64,000 nt of DNA from positions 1,824,001-1,888,000 of the forward strand of contig JBJBDL010000003.1 of NCBI GenBank assembly GCA_047285305.1. The letters are read 5' to 3'. Shown here piece after piece: positions 44,453 through 54,070 of the stretch. Source of the DNA: Synechococcus sp. GTDB lineage: Bacteria; Cyanobacteriota; Cyanobacteriia; PCC-6307; Cyanobiaceae. The translations under genes and the position numbers were made by a program. The notes under the pieces are model-generated. The model was not told the origin of the DNA. It searched no databases and saw only the letters and a list, made by a program, of their open reading frames with translations. Positions within the stretch are counted from its first letter, which is position 1. Every line of letters begins with the position of its first letter.

Positions 44453-45148
44453 TCAAGCGGCAATACGCTGTTCCATTGGCGTGAAGTCCCATCCAATAGG
44501 TGACTGAATTGGATTCAGTTTTTTGTGCTCTTCGTATAGATCTTCGATCTCTTTGCAGGCCGAGCAATAAGCAGACCATCCAGCCATTCGGCGAGGATTT
44601 GCACGCCCGCGTTTGTCAATCGCTTGATCAACAGTGACTCCTTCTGTTTCTGCTTGTTCAAATGCGCTTAGCAACGGAATTTGCGCGTTGAGAACCTTGA
44701 TGTCGAATCCTTCGAGACATTCTTTGGCATTTTTAGCTGCTGCTTCTTTGCGTGAATCAACTTTTACAAGAAGCGCAGCATAGGGTATTTTGTATTTGTT
44801 GATTGTTTGCGACATCTCAATTGTCAATTCAATTGACCTGCTTTGTGTAGTAGTAGGTAGCAAAATAAAATCGGCACCTTCTACCAAATTCTTCATCTCT
44901 TCTTCATTGCTGCTTGCTTGCCCATCTGTGACAACAATCTCAGCCAATCGAGTTGCTTTGGCTGCTGCTTCAATCGGTACAACTGGGCAATGCAAAAGAC
45001 CTCTGGCGCCATAGGCAGTGGCTGATCTGTTGCGGTCGGCATCAACCAGAACGACCCGTTTTTGTTGATGGCTCCAGCTTGCTGCTATGTGAACGCTGCT
45101 ACATGTTTTTGCAACACCACCTTTCTGACCAAAAACAGTGATGAACAT
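44453..45148 (-). CDS. parA: ParA family ATPase
   Basis: QKGGVAKT deviant Walker A, VLVDAD.N.SA, ADFILLPT. Confidence 0.88.
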   Translation of the reverse strand: MFITVFGQKGGVAKTCSSVHIAASWSHQQKRVVLVDADRNRSATAYGARGLLHCPVVPIEAAAKATRLAEIVVTDGQASSNEEEMKNLVEGADFILLPTTTQSRSIELTIEMSQTINKYKIPYAALLVKVDSRKEAAAKNAKECLEGFDIKVLNAQIPLLSAFEQAETEGVTVDQAIDKRGRANPRRMAGWSAYCSACKEIEDLYEEHKKLNPIQSPIGWDFTPMEQRIAA

Positions 45149-45277
45149 CAGGCAGCCACTAATGAATTATTCGCAGGATCGCGTGTTATCTCTGAAAGGC
45201 AATACTTGGGTTAATACTGCTTCAGCCTTGTCAGTGTCCCCCAGCTTCGGATCCTGCGTTGTTATGGGGTTGGCCAC

Positions 45278-45735
45278 TCAAGCAATTCCCATCATTGGAG
45301 CCAGCTGGCGGAGAAAGGAGACAGGTTCTTCCTTGTACGGATGCGTTCGACCTCTCGGATGAGATTGTTCCAAGGGCTGGCACCTCCCTCTTGAGCAGGG
45401 CTTAAGCGAGTGCCTCGGTGTTCTTATCCAGGAATGCTCCGGAGACGTCATCTTGAGCCCGCTTGCCCGTGTATTGCTCAGGGGCGGTTTGAGGGTCAAG
45501 AACATCAGAGCTCGAGAAGGCTGCTGAACTCCTTGGCTTCTCTCCACCTGGTTGCGCCTTGCTGCTGGGCCTTGTGCTCAGCCTCGAGTTCTGCCATTGC
45601 TTGGCCGGCTCGACGATGAGCAACCTCGATGTCCCTGGTCTGCAAAGAACGCATCACACGTCTGCCATCCAGGTGCATCTGAACGCAATACACTCCGTTC
45701 GACCTTCTTTGGATCGGCTTCTTAGGTCTGCCCAT
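45278..45735 (-). pseudogene. Truncated tyrosine-integrase N-terminus (DUF6538-like arm-binding domain)
   Basis: IQRRSNGVY...RSLQTRD...AHRRA motif; stop at 45505 and broken frames after it; no catalytic domain seen. The 3' boundary is approximate. Confidence 0.65.
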
Positions 45736-45746
45736 GGCATCCGTAT

Positions 45747-45778
45747 TGCGAGAGTTCTGCGACAGAGAACTGCGAGAG
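45747..45778 (+). repeat. Right-end arm-type repeat array
   Basis: TGCGAGAGTTCTGCGACAGAGAACTGCGAGAG matches 38201-38233 at 27 of 33 positions. Confidence 0.7.
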
Positions 45779-45823
45779 AGTCGTAAAACTCCCGTGACAT
45801 CCTTTCCCCGACTGACTTCAGTG

Positions 45824-45838
45824 TCATCGCAGCCATGA
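45824..45838 (+). repeat. attR-like core overlapping the DUF3038 ATG
   Basis: Identical to 38112-38126. Confidence 0.85.
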
Positions 45839-46383
45839 CTGAAGCTCCAGCCCCCAGCGCACCCACCAACGGCGCGCGTCTCAGCCGTCGGGGTGTTGAG
45901 CGTCTCGATCTACTGCTGCTGACCATTGAGGCTCTCGACCTCAATGGTGGAGAGGCGATGGTCTGGACCAGCCAGCAGATGGGCCTCCAGGCGCAATTCC
46001 CCAACCGAGTTGAACTCTGGAAGCGGCGCTGTCATAACCCGCTTCGGCGCACCACCCGGCGGGACCAGCTCGACCCGGTGGATGCCGAATCGCTGATCTG
46101 TCTGGTATGTGCCATGGCAGATCGGCTCTACCCCATGCTCCACCAACTCCTCTCAAGCCGCGAACCGGAACAGCTCACCCAACAGCGTTGGCAGTTGTTC
46201 CATGAGCGCCTGCAGGACCTCATCGAAGAGCGGATGAATCAGCGCCGGGAAGCCGTTGTTCGTCTGCTCACAATGGAGCCGGCGGGCCCTATGCAGCGTC
46301 AGCTGATCAGCACCCTGGCGTTCTGCGCAGGCCCAGGTGGAATCGATCGACTCCGCGCAACCCTGCTCGACCCAACGCCCTAG
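45835..46383 (+). CDS. DUF3038 family protein
   Basis: LDLLLLTIEAL, NRVELWKRRCHNPLRR, GPGGIDRL. Confidence 0.8.
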   Translation: MTEAPAPSAPTNGARLSRRGVERLDLLLLTIEALDLNGGEAMVWTSQQMGLQAQFPNRVELWKRRCHNPLRRTTRRDQLDPVDAESLICLVCAMADRLYPMLHQLLSSREPEQLTQQRWQLFHERLQDLIEERMNQRREAVVRLLTMEPAGPMQRQLISTLAFCAGPGGIDRLRATLLDPTP

Positions 46384-46390
46384 ACAGACC

Positions 46391-47005
46391 ATGTTGAAAA
46401 CGACATACCAATACGAACAGACCGCAGCACGGCTGGTGGTGGAAGGTTTTCCCGACCTCTCCGCCGGACATTCCAATGAAGTGATCGGCATCCTGTCGTC
46501 CTGGCGGCTGCAATTGATCGGAGCACCGGAACTGGAAGGAACCCGAGATCATCTCGAGGCTCTGATGGCAGCGGTAATGCCCTATGCGAGGCATCGCTTG
46601 TCCGGCGTGCAGCGCCGCTTTGGCATGGAAGGCGGTTTTGTAAACATCGCGCCGGATGAGGCCAACCATCGTCTGGAACTGCGCAGCAGCCGAGAGGGCG
46701 TTAAGCCGTTGCAGCTCAAGCTCGATGACGCCGAACTGGCCGATCTGGTGCGTTGCCTCGATCGCTTGCGGCTCGACAACCGGGTCAAGCTGACCTGGAC
46801 GTTCCCCGAGAACCGCCCTTTGAAGCGTCAGGAGATAGTCGATCGCATTACTCTGCAGAAACGCCTAGGACCACCCCTTCTGGCTGGGATGGCTCTGGCA
46901 TGCACCATCGCCACCGCATGGCTTGTTCCTCTGCCTCAGGAAACCAAAGAGACCTCGCCGGCACCAGCACCGGTGGACAAGCCTGAAACGCAGTCCGATC
47001 GTTGA
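46391..47005 (+). CDS. DUF4335 family protein
   Basis: L.VEGFPDLS, LEGTRDHLEALM.AV.PYA, ELADLVRCLD; usual partner of DUF3038. Confidence 0.8.
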   Translation: MLKTTYQYEQTAARLVVEGFPDLSAGHSNEVIGILSSWRLQLIGAPELEGTRDHLEALMAAVMPYARHRLSGVQRRFGMEGGFVNIAPDEANHRLELRSSREGVKPLQLKLDDAELADLVRCLDRLRLDNRVKLTWTFPENRPLKRQEIVDRITLQKRLGPPLLAGMALACTIATAWLVPLPQETKETSPAPAPVDKPETQSDR

Positions 47006-47064
47006 CGTGCAGGAAACACGCTTCAGAATCGCCGCAGTGACGGCACCCTGATCACACCGATGCC

Positions 47065-47433
47065 ATGAGGAAGGCGCGCCGAAGCAGCAAACGCGATCAA
47101 CGACGGGTCTTCCGCCCCCGTCGTAGCTTCCCCTATGGCCCCGTCCTGCGTCAGTTAACGGTCGTTGTGCTGATGCTGGCTGCTGCCGCAGGGATCGCTG
47201 TACTGCTGAATCAGCTGCCTCAGCAGGTGGACATCATGCTGCTGCTGAGCAAGGCCATTGATGACCTGCTTGGCGGCGTTCAGCAACTGCTGGAAGCCAT
47301 GCTCAGGCTCGCCGCCATCGTGTTGATAGCTGCCATCGCGCTTCTGGCGGCCATCCTCTTGCTTGGAGCATTCTGGAGGTTGATTCGCATCATCCGCCTT
47401 GTGGTCTCTCCCCCCACTCAAGGCAGGCGCTGA
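47065..47433 (+). CDS. Hypothetical two-TM membrane protein
   Basis: Basic N-terminus, two hydrophobic helices. Confidence 0.6.
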   Translation: MRKARRSSKRDQRRVFRPRRSFPYGPVLRQLTVVVLMLAAAAGIAVLLNQLPQQVDIMLLLSKAIDDLLGGVQQLLEAMLRLAAIVLIAAIALLAAILLLGAFWRLIRIIRLVVSPPTQGRR

Positions 47434-47527
47434 AGACGAAAACACCAGACATTCCGGCAAAACCGGACTGGATCATTCCCACAGAGTGCAGCGCTGGCAT
47501 AACTGAACTGGCGATCGACCGAAAGCA

Positions 47528-48430
47528 TGAGGCAGCCCAGCGACCACGACATGACAGCCGTCCGCGAGGCCATCGATCACTACAGCGATGGCGACGTCGA
47601 GCGACCGCAGGAAATCGTGGTGGAGCTGCCGAGGGTTATTCCAAAAATCACTAACGTCTGAACAAAAAGATCTACGAAAAAGAGCTGGCCAAACTCCAGA
47701 CAGAACCGGTGAAGATGCAGTACTGGGTGAAAGCCACAGGCCTTCGCATGACTATCCTGTTCGAAGGGCGGGACGCCGCAGGCAAGGGAGGATCGATCAA
47801 ACGGCTGAGGGAGCCCTTGAGCCCCAGTGGATGCCGGTGGTGGCCCTCGGCACGCCTTCGGAGCAACAGAAAAGCCAGTGGTATTTCCAGCGCTATGTGG
47901 AGCATTTTCCCAATGCCGGAGAAATCGTTGTCTTTGACCGGAGCTGGTACAACAGGACCGGCGTGGAAAAGGTGATGGGCTTCGCGACACGCGAACAAGT
48001 GGAGCAGTTTTATGTGTCGTACCCACAGTTTGAGCAAATGCTGGTGCAGGACGGAATCCTGCTGCTCAAATACTGGTTCTCCATCAACGATGACGACCAG
48101 GAGAAACGTTTCGAGGAACGCATTGATAAGGAAGAGCGTCGCTGGAAGATGCGTCTGATGGACATCGAGTCGCGCAACCGCTTAGTGGAGTAGTCGAAAC
48201 CGAAGGACACCATGTTTGCCAAGACGCATATCCCAGAAGCCCCATGGTTCAACGTGGAGGCCAATGAGAAGCACAGCACCCGCTTTAATTACCTGCGCCA
48301 AATTCTCAGCAAGTTGCCCTATGCAGACATGCCCCCGCCACCCATCAAGATGCAGAAGCGCCCGAAGCAAGGAAGCTACAAACGGCCTCCCTTCAACGAG
48401 CAGTTCTTTCTACCCAACAACTATCCCTAA
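47528..48430 (+). pseudogene. ppk2: Polyphosphate kinase 2, disrupted
   Basis: [18 protein letters not shown] and FDRSWYNR lie in different frames; frameshifts near 47650 and 47835, in-frame TAG at 48191. Confidence 0.9.
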
Positions 48431-48559
48431 AAGGACTGATCAAGCGACTCCACAACAAATGCTTGGCTTGTGAACCCAATCAACCCATCGCTCTGCCGCC
48501 CTCAGGCAGACCAATGGGTTTCGATTAAGCCAAAGCCATTGCAATCAATACAATCCAAA

Positions 48560-48842
48560 TCAATACACAAACCAGCAGAACGAATAGATCAACAGTGACA
48601 AGCCGAACACCAACATTCCAATCGAGGTGTTGATCCTCATCCACTTTTTGTCCCATATGTAAGGAGCCAACACAACAATCGTAAAAATGTCAGAGCGGCA
48701 TACACAACCAAGGTGTGCTTGGGATGCTCCTAGGCAACCAGCATGCTGACGCCATGCCAGAAGAAGGTCTGCATTGAGACATAGGACGAAATTGCCCCAA
48801 GGTTGTAAAGTAACTCTTCACGCTTTTTGAGTTGACCAGCAT
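48560..48842 (-). pseudogene. Disrupted small membrane protein
   Basis: Pieces ELLYNLGAISSY..FFWHGVSMLVA*EHPKHTLVVYAALT / FTIVVLAPY.WDKKWMR...FCWFVY across frames. Confidence 0.5.
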
Positions 48843-49032
48843 TCGATTATTGAAGGCGCATCAGAGACAACGAAGGGGCGAGAACTTCAACGTATCGATT
48901 CGATCTTGTACCTCATATTCCTAGAAATACAGGGAGTGTCATCTGCAGCGAGCTTGAGTCAAGACAGCAGCACGCTTTAAGGTGATTGACCATCCAGTTC
49001 TGCAGGCTTTGCTCGGTTCCTGGCAAGTCCTA

Positions 49033-49245
49033 ATGCGGTGTGTCGCCAGCGCACTGTTCCTGGTGGCCCATGGTCTGCTGGTGCTGGAGCACATCACCAT
49101 TGGAACGGCACTGCATGGAATTGCGGAGTTGTTCCTTGCCCCCTGGGCCATCCGCCACAAAGCCTGGGACATCATCGTGATCGGACTGATTTTCTGCGTC
49201 TTCGACTTGTGGGGAACGCTGCGTCTGACCGGCGTGTTGGTCTAA
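49033..49245 (+). CDS. Small membrane hypothetical protein
   Basis: Hydrophobic 70-aa ORF; alternative start 48982. Confidence 0.55.
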   Translation: MRCVASALFLVAHGLLVLEHITIGTALHGIAELFLAPWAIRHKAWDIIVIGLIFCVFDLWGTLRLTGVLV

Positions 49246-49411
49246 AGCCCTTCAACCACTAAGCCGCTGGGACCAAAAACCAAACAGCTGCCACGACGAC
49301 CAGAGGAACATCCCAAGGAAGACCCAATTAAGCCAAGCCGGACGTCGGTCGTTTTCAAACATCTCTCAAGACAGCGAAAGGCGACACCTGACCTTATCGG
49401 TGTCAACCGGA

Positions 49412-49633
49412 TCACTTCGCCGAAGAGCTCCAATCGGCAGAACGAAACGACACATTGGCGCCACCACTGCGTTTCAGGTCGTGCATGCCCTCCAGCTGGT
49501 TGTACACCGACAAGAGCTGCCGGCGCATGTGGTCTGTATGGGGCAGATCAGCGATCAAACGCAGAACATCCTCCAGGGATCGCTTGGCATCGATGACCAA
49601 ACGACAATCGGGGCTGCCAGGCTCGTCACGCAT
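49412..49633 (-). CDS. Small conserved hypothetical protein
   Basis: LVIDAKRSLE..L...RRQLLSVYNQLEGMHDLKR; core-like codon usage. Confidence 0.6.
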   Translation of the reverse strand: MRDEPGSPDCRLVIDAKRSLEDVLRLIADLPHTDHMRRQLLSVYNQLEGMHDLKRSGGANVSFRSADWSSSAK

Positions 49634-49722
49634 GGGGTCATGATTGATTTAATCCATTCAGCAGAAAATCTCCTTTCGCGGGTGTCTGAATCCCTACCAA
49701 CGCGGCGATATTCAGCAGAAAT

Positions 49723-50958
49723 TCAGAGTTTGGTCCCAACCGGCAGTCTGAGGCTGCTTAACCACGACAACAACACCAGCAGGGATGAAGCCCATAGGCA
49801 AGCCTGCATGCCCGCGGCTTCGGTTCGGCCGAGCATGAACACTGCCCCCGAGAGCAACGTACCCACCAACCGTCCGGCAGCGTTTGCCATGTAATAGAAG
49901 CCCACATTGAGGCTGACGCTCTCCGCATCGGTGTAAGCCAGCACCATGTAGGAGTGGATCGACGAATTCATCGCGAACACCACCCCAAAGGCGGCAAGGC
50001 CTGCGGTAATGGCGACCGCCACATCCACCTGGCGCCACAGCGCCACCGCGATCAGGGCGGGAATGGCGGTGAGCAGAGCACTCCAGAACTGCACAGCAGA
50101 TGCTCCCGGGGATGTGGTCTGCCCCCAGAGCCGTCTCAGACCAGGCGCTGATCCTTGAACGATGCCGTAGCCAATCAACCAGAGACCGAGGAAGCCACCG
50201 ATCTCCCAGAAACTCCAGCCCAGGGAGGCTTCTAAGAACACGGGCAAGGCCACCACGAACCAAACATCCCGGGCGCCAAACAAAAAGAAGCGCGCCAAGG
50301 ACAGCACGTTGATGCCCTGGGATTTGGAGAACAGCGACGAAAAGGCCGGCTTGGACTTCATCCGTCCGATCTCACCAGGCAGCACCAGCGTGAGCAGGAA
50401 GGCAAGGGCAAGACCTGTCGCCATCCAGCCCAAGGCAGCATTGAAGCCAAAGGAGGCGAGCAGCACCCCTCCAAGAAAGAAACCCACACCCTTGAGAGAG
50501 TTCTTGGATCCCGTGAGGATCGCCACCCACTTGAACAGCTGCTGCTGATCCTCCTGAGTTTCCGAAACCACCGTCTTGATGGCGCTCTTGGCGCTCATCT
50601 TGTTGAGATCTTTGGCGATGCCGCTGATGGCCTGAGCGGTCATCACATAGATCACGCTCAACAGTTTCGGCCAACTGGCGGCGACGGGCATCAGCATCAA
50701 CAACGCAAGAATCTGCAGCAGCGTCCCCACCCAGAGGGTGAGCCGAAGCCCGTAGCGGGCACCGATCCAACCGCCGTACAGGTTGGTGAGCACCCCAAAC
50801 AACTCATAAAAGAGAAACAGGAACGCGATCTCGAGGGTGGTGTAGCCGAGTTGGTGGAAGTGGAACACCACCAACATCCGCAGGGCCCCATCGGTGAGCG
50901 TGAAGGCCCAGTAATTGGCAGTGACGATGCCGTACTGCTGCAGAGGGGAAAGCGTCAT
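49723..50958 (-). CDS. arsJ: Organoarsenical (1-arseno-3-phosphoglycerate) efflux MFS permease
   Basis: [55 protein letters not shown]; overlaps the gap3 stop. Confidence 0.93.
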   Translation of the reverse strand: MTLSPLQQYGIVTANYWAFTLTDGALRMLVVFHFHQLGYTTLEIAFLFLFYELFGVLTNLYGGWIGARYGLRLTLWVGTLLQILALLMLMPVAASWPKLLSVIYVMTAQAISGIAKDLNKMSAKSAIKTVVSETQEDQQQLFKWVAILTGSKNSLKGVGFFLGGVLLASFGFNAALGWMATGLALAFLLTLVLPGEIGRMKSKPAFSSLFSKSQGINVLSLARFFLFGARDVWFVVALPVFLEASLGWSFWEIGGFLGLWLIGYGIVQGSAPGLRRLWGQTTSPGASAVQFWSALLTAIPALIAVALWRQVDVAVAITAGLAAFGVVFAMNSSIHSYMVLAYTDAESVSLNVGFYYMANAAGRLVGTLLSGAVFMLGRTEAAGMQACLWASSLLVLLSWLSSLRLPVGTKL

Positions 50959-51977
50959 GCGTCCAGCCCAACTACGTGGCAGGTGAGATCGGCCATGCGG
51001 CAGCTGTAGCCCCATTCGTTGTCGTACCAGGCAAACACCTTCAGCTGGTTGCCATCGACAACCATCGTCGAGAGGGCATCGACAATCGAGCTGCGGTTGT
51101 CGTTGGTGTAGTCGCACGACACCAACGGGCGTTCCTCGTAACCCAGGATTCCCTTCAGAGGCCCTTCCGCAGCAGCTTTGAACGCAGCATTCACCTGCTC
51201 CACCGTGACGCTCTGCTTGAGCTCGAACACCGCATCGGTGAGCGATCCATTCAGTAGGGGAACACGAACGGCATGACCGTTGAGCTTGCCCTTCAGCTCA
51301 GGGAAGATCATCGCGATCGCCTTGGCCGAGCCGGTGGTGGTGGGGATGAGTGAGGTGAGTCCGGAGCGCGCCCGGCGCAGGTCGCTTTTGAAGGAATCAA
51401 TCGGCACCTGGGTGTTGGTGATGTCGTGAATGGTGGTGATCAGGCCGTGCTCGATGCCGAAGCTCTCGTGCACCACCTTCACTACAGGCGCCAGACAGTT
51501 GGTGGTGCAGGAGGCGGCCGTCACCAATTTGTGGTGCGCCGGTTCATAGAGGTGGTGATTGATCCCGTAAACGATGTTGAGCGCGTCCTCACCGGCAACC
51601 ACACCCTTCACGGGACAGGCCACCACCACCCGTTTGAGGCCCAGCTGATCGAAATAGGGATTGAGCGCCTCCGGCGTTTTGATCTTGCCGCTGGCTTCAA
51701 GCACCATCTCCACCCCCCGATCGCTCCAGCGCACGGCGGTGGGGTCTTTCTCGCTGGACCAGGTGAGTGCGGATCCCTCCACGCTGAATCCATCAGCACA
51801 ACCGGTGATTCCTCGATCCCAGCGACCATGCACAGAATCGAACTCCAGCAGGTGGGCCGCCGTTACTGCATCGCCAGCGGGATCATTGACATGCACCAGT
51901 TCGATGCCAGGCCGTCCCCAGAGGGCCCGGAACACCAGGCGACCAATCCGTCCAAACCCATTAATGCCGATCCGCAT
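50955..51977 (-). CDS. gap3: ArsJ-associated glyceraldehyde-3-phosphate dehydrogenase
   Basis: [32 protein letters not shown]; directly upstream of arsJ. Confidence 0.93.
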   Translation of the reverse strand: MRIGINGFGRIGRLVFRALWGRPGIELVHVNDPAGDAVTAAHLLEFDSVHGRWDRGITGCADGFSVEGSALTWSSEKDPTAVRWSDRGVEMVLEASGKIKTPEALNPYFDQLGLKRVVVACPVKGVVAGEDALNIVYGINHHLYEPAHHKLVTAASCTTNCLAPVVKVVHESFGIEHGLITTIHDITNTQVPIDSFKSDLRRARSGLTSLIPTTTGSAKAIAMIFPELKGKLNGHAVRVPLLNGSLTDAVFELKQSVTVEQVNAAFKAAAEGPLKGILGYEERPLVSCDYTNDNRSSIVDALSTMVVDGNQLKVFAWYDNEWGYSCRMADLTCHVVGLDA

Positions 51978-51992
51978 TCCAGCCCTCGATCA

Positions 51993-52008
51993 ATCGAATT
52001 GTGTTGAA
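51993..52008. promoter_or_regulatory. Putative ArsR operator
   Basis: ATCGA-N6-TTGAA, resembling the cyanobacterial ArsR box ATCAA-N6-TTGAT, in the gap3/arsR divergent spacer. Confidence 0.5.
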
Positions 52009-52035
52009 TTAAACAGAGCGGCGGACACTGCTCTT

Positions 52036-52359
52036 GTGATCCAGAACACCCTCAACAGGGATCAGTCGAGGCAGCTGCTCAAAGCACTGGCCGACCCGAT
52101 CCGTCTCGACGTGATCCATGCGCTGGCGCTGGCGCTGGGCGAACGATGCGTCTGTGACCTTACCGGTGATCTCAACCTCTCCAGGTCGAAGCTCTCGTTC
52201 CATCTCAGGGTGCTTCGAGAGACGGGGCTGCTGACGGATCGGCAGAGCGGCCGCTGGATCTACTACCGCATGCAACCGTATGCCCTGGCAGCACTGGAAA
52301 CCTGGCTGGACGAACTGCGCCGCCACTGCAGCCAGAGCGCTATCCCCTGCCCGAGCTGA
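52036..52359 (+). CDS. arsR: ArsR/SmtB family repressor
   Basis: LKALADP.RL, ERCVCDL As(III) box, SFHLRVLRETGL, GRWIYY. Confidence 0.92.
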   Translation: MIQNTLNRDQSRQLLKALADPIRLDVIHALALALGERCVCDLTGDLNLSRSKLSFHLRVLRETGLLTDRQSGRWIYYRMQPYALAALETWLDELRRHCSQSAIPCPS

Positions 52360-52361
52360 CG

Positions 52362-52979
52362 ATGGACCAACGGCTTTTCTTCCCGGCCACGGAACGCAAC
52401 CGCGGCCCCATCGGAGATCTGCTGAAGCAGCTGTTGCCTGCCTCAGGAGCCGTACTAGAACTGGCCAGCGGCAGTGGTGAGCACGCCGTCTGCTTTCAGC
52501 AGCGCTTTCCCCATCTGCGCTGGCAGGCCAGCGATCCGGATCCAGACCATCGCGCCAGCATCAACGCCTGGATCCAGCACCAGGGTCTGAGCCAGGTGAT
52601 GCCAGCAGCCCTGAACCTCGATGTTGAACACCGCCCCTGGCCCCTGCCCCAGAACCTCCAAGGGGACGTGAATGCTGTTGTTTGCATCAACCTGCTGCAC
52701 ATCAGCCCAGTCAGCTGCACGGATGCCGTGCTGGAAGAATCCGCCCTGTTGCTGCCCTGCGGCGCCCCCTTGATCATTTATGGCCCATTCAGGCGCAATG
52801 GTGCTCACACGAGTGCAAGCAATGCCGTCTTCGACCAATCCCTAAGGGAACGCAACCACCAATGGGGATTGAGGGAGCTGAATCAAGTGAAAGCCATCGC
52901 CGCCAAGGCTGGCTTCAAAACCGAAAACGTGGTCTCCATGCCCGCTAACAATCTGACTTTGGTGTTTCAACGCGCTTGA
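52362..52979 (+). CDS. DUF938 SAM-dependent methyltransferase
   Basis: PATERNR.PI, LELASGSGEH, WQASD, INLLHISP, YGPF, MPANN. Confidence 0.88.
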   Translation: MDQRLFFPATERNRGPIGDLLKQLLPASGAVLELASGSGEHAVCFQQRFPHLRWQASDPDPDHRASINAWIQHQGLSQVMPAALNLDVEHRPWPLPQNLQGDVNAVVCINLLHISPVSCTDAVLEESALLLPCGAPLIIYGPFRRNGAHTSASNAVFDQSLRERNHQWGLRELNQVKAIAAKAGFKTENVVSMPANNLTLVFQRA

Positions 52980-53044
52980 ACCCCATCTCGCTTGCAAGCT
53001 TCTGGGAGGCCACCGACAATCACGCGGTATCTCCGGTATGAGCG

Positions 53045-54070
53045 ATGGATCTGACTAATTTTTTAGCGAAGCTGCTGATCGGTTCTGCCATCACCCTGAC
53101 CCTGTCTTTCCTTTGTAAGACAGTTTTTCCTCGGTTCACGAAGCGAAGCAAAACCGACTTCGACGACTTTGTGCTCAACGCCCTCGCCGCTTCGGTGGTG
53201 CCCTTCGGCTTGGTGGTCACCTTGATCCTTGCTCAGGATGATTTGGGCTTGCCCAACAACATTGCAAGGGCCTACGACACATCGCTGCGCATTGTTGCCT
53301 CGATCATTCTGATTCGGTTGGTCAACCGAATCGGAGCGCGATTCCTTTTCGGATTGGTGCGCCGTGCAGGCGCGGATGATCTTCAACAACTCCTCCAAAG
53401 CCTGCTCCCGCTGCTGAAAACCGTGGTGTGGGCTATCGGCTCCTTGGTGCTGCTGCAGGGCCTGGGCGTGAAGATGACAGTGATCTGGGGTTTGCTCAGT
53501 GCCGGCGGCATCGGCATTGGCTTGGCCCTGAAAGAACCGGCCCAGGAATTGTTCGCTTACCTGATGATTCTTCTGGACAAGCCTTTCACCGTTGGGCAAT
53601 TCATCACGGTGGGCTCCACCTCAGCAACGGTGGAACGCATCGGTGTTCGCTCCACCCATCTGCGCAGCCTGCGCGGCGAACAAGTGGTGATGAGCAACTC
53701 ATCCCTTACAGGGTCCACCATCCTCAATTTCGCTGAAATGGCGCAACGCCGGATGATCTATTCGATTGGCGTCACCTACAGCACATCGGTCGAGCAGATG
53801 AAGGCAATCCCCCCGATGGTTCAGGCCGTGATCGAAGCTCAGGCCCACAGCAACTTCAACCGCTGCCACTTCACCGAATTTGCTGATTCAAGCTTGAATT
53901 TTGAACTGGTTTATTACATCGATACCCGAGATTTCACGGTCGCTCTGAACGAACAGCAAGCCATCAACCTCGGAATCATGGAGGCCTTCGCCCAAGAAGG
54001 CATCGACTTTGCCTTCCCGAGCAGGACGCTCTACTTGGAGGGAGATTCACTCGCCGGCAAAGCCTCCTGA
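53045..54070 (+). CDS. Small-conductance mechanosensitive channel (MscS family)
   Basis: GIGIGLAL, DKPFTVGQFI, GVRSTHLR, FADSSLNFEL, GIDFAFPS. Confidence 0.92.
   Translation: MDLTNFLAKLLIGSAITLTLSFLCKTVFPRFTKRSKTDFDDFVLNALAASVVPFGLVVTLILAQDDLGLPNNIARAYDTSLRIVASIILIRLVNRIGARFLFGLVRRAGADDLQQLLQSLLPLLKTVVWAIGSLVLLQGLGVKMTVIWGLLSAGGIGIGLALKEPAQELFAYLMILLDKPFTVGQFITVGSTSATVERIGVRSTHLRSLRGEQVVMSNSSLTGSTILNFAEMAQRRMIYSIGVTYSTSVEQMKAIPPMVQAVIEAQAHSNFNRCHFTEFADSSLNFELVYYIDTRDFTVALNEQQAINLGIMEAFAQEGIDFAFPSRTLYLEGDSLAGKAS

Larger units (their letters stand above)
38112..45838. mobile_element. Integrative genomic island inserted at the start codon of the DUF3038 gene
   Basis: Flanking perfect 15-bp direct repeat, integrase remnant at the right end, parA, visibly AT-richer orphan ORFs. 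Confidence 0.85.
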
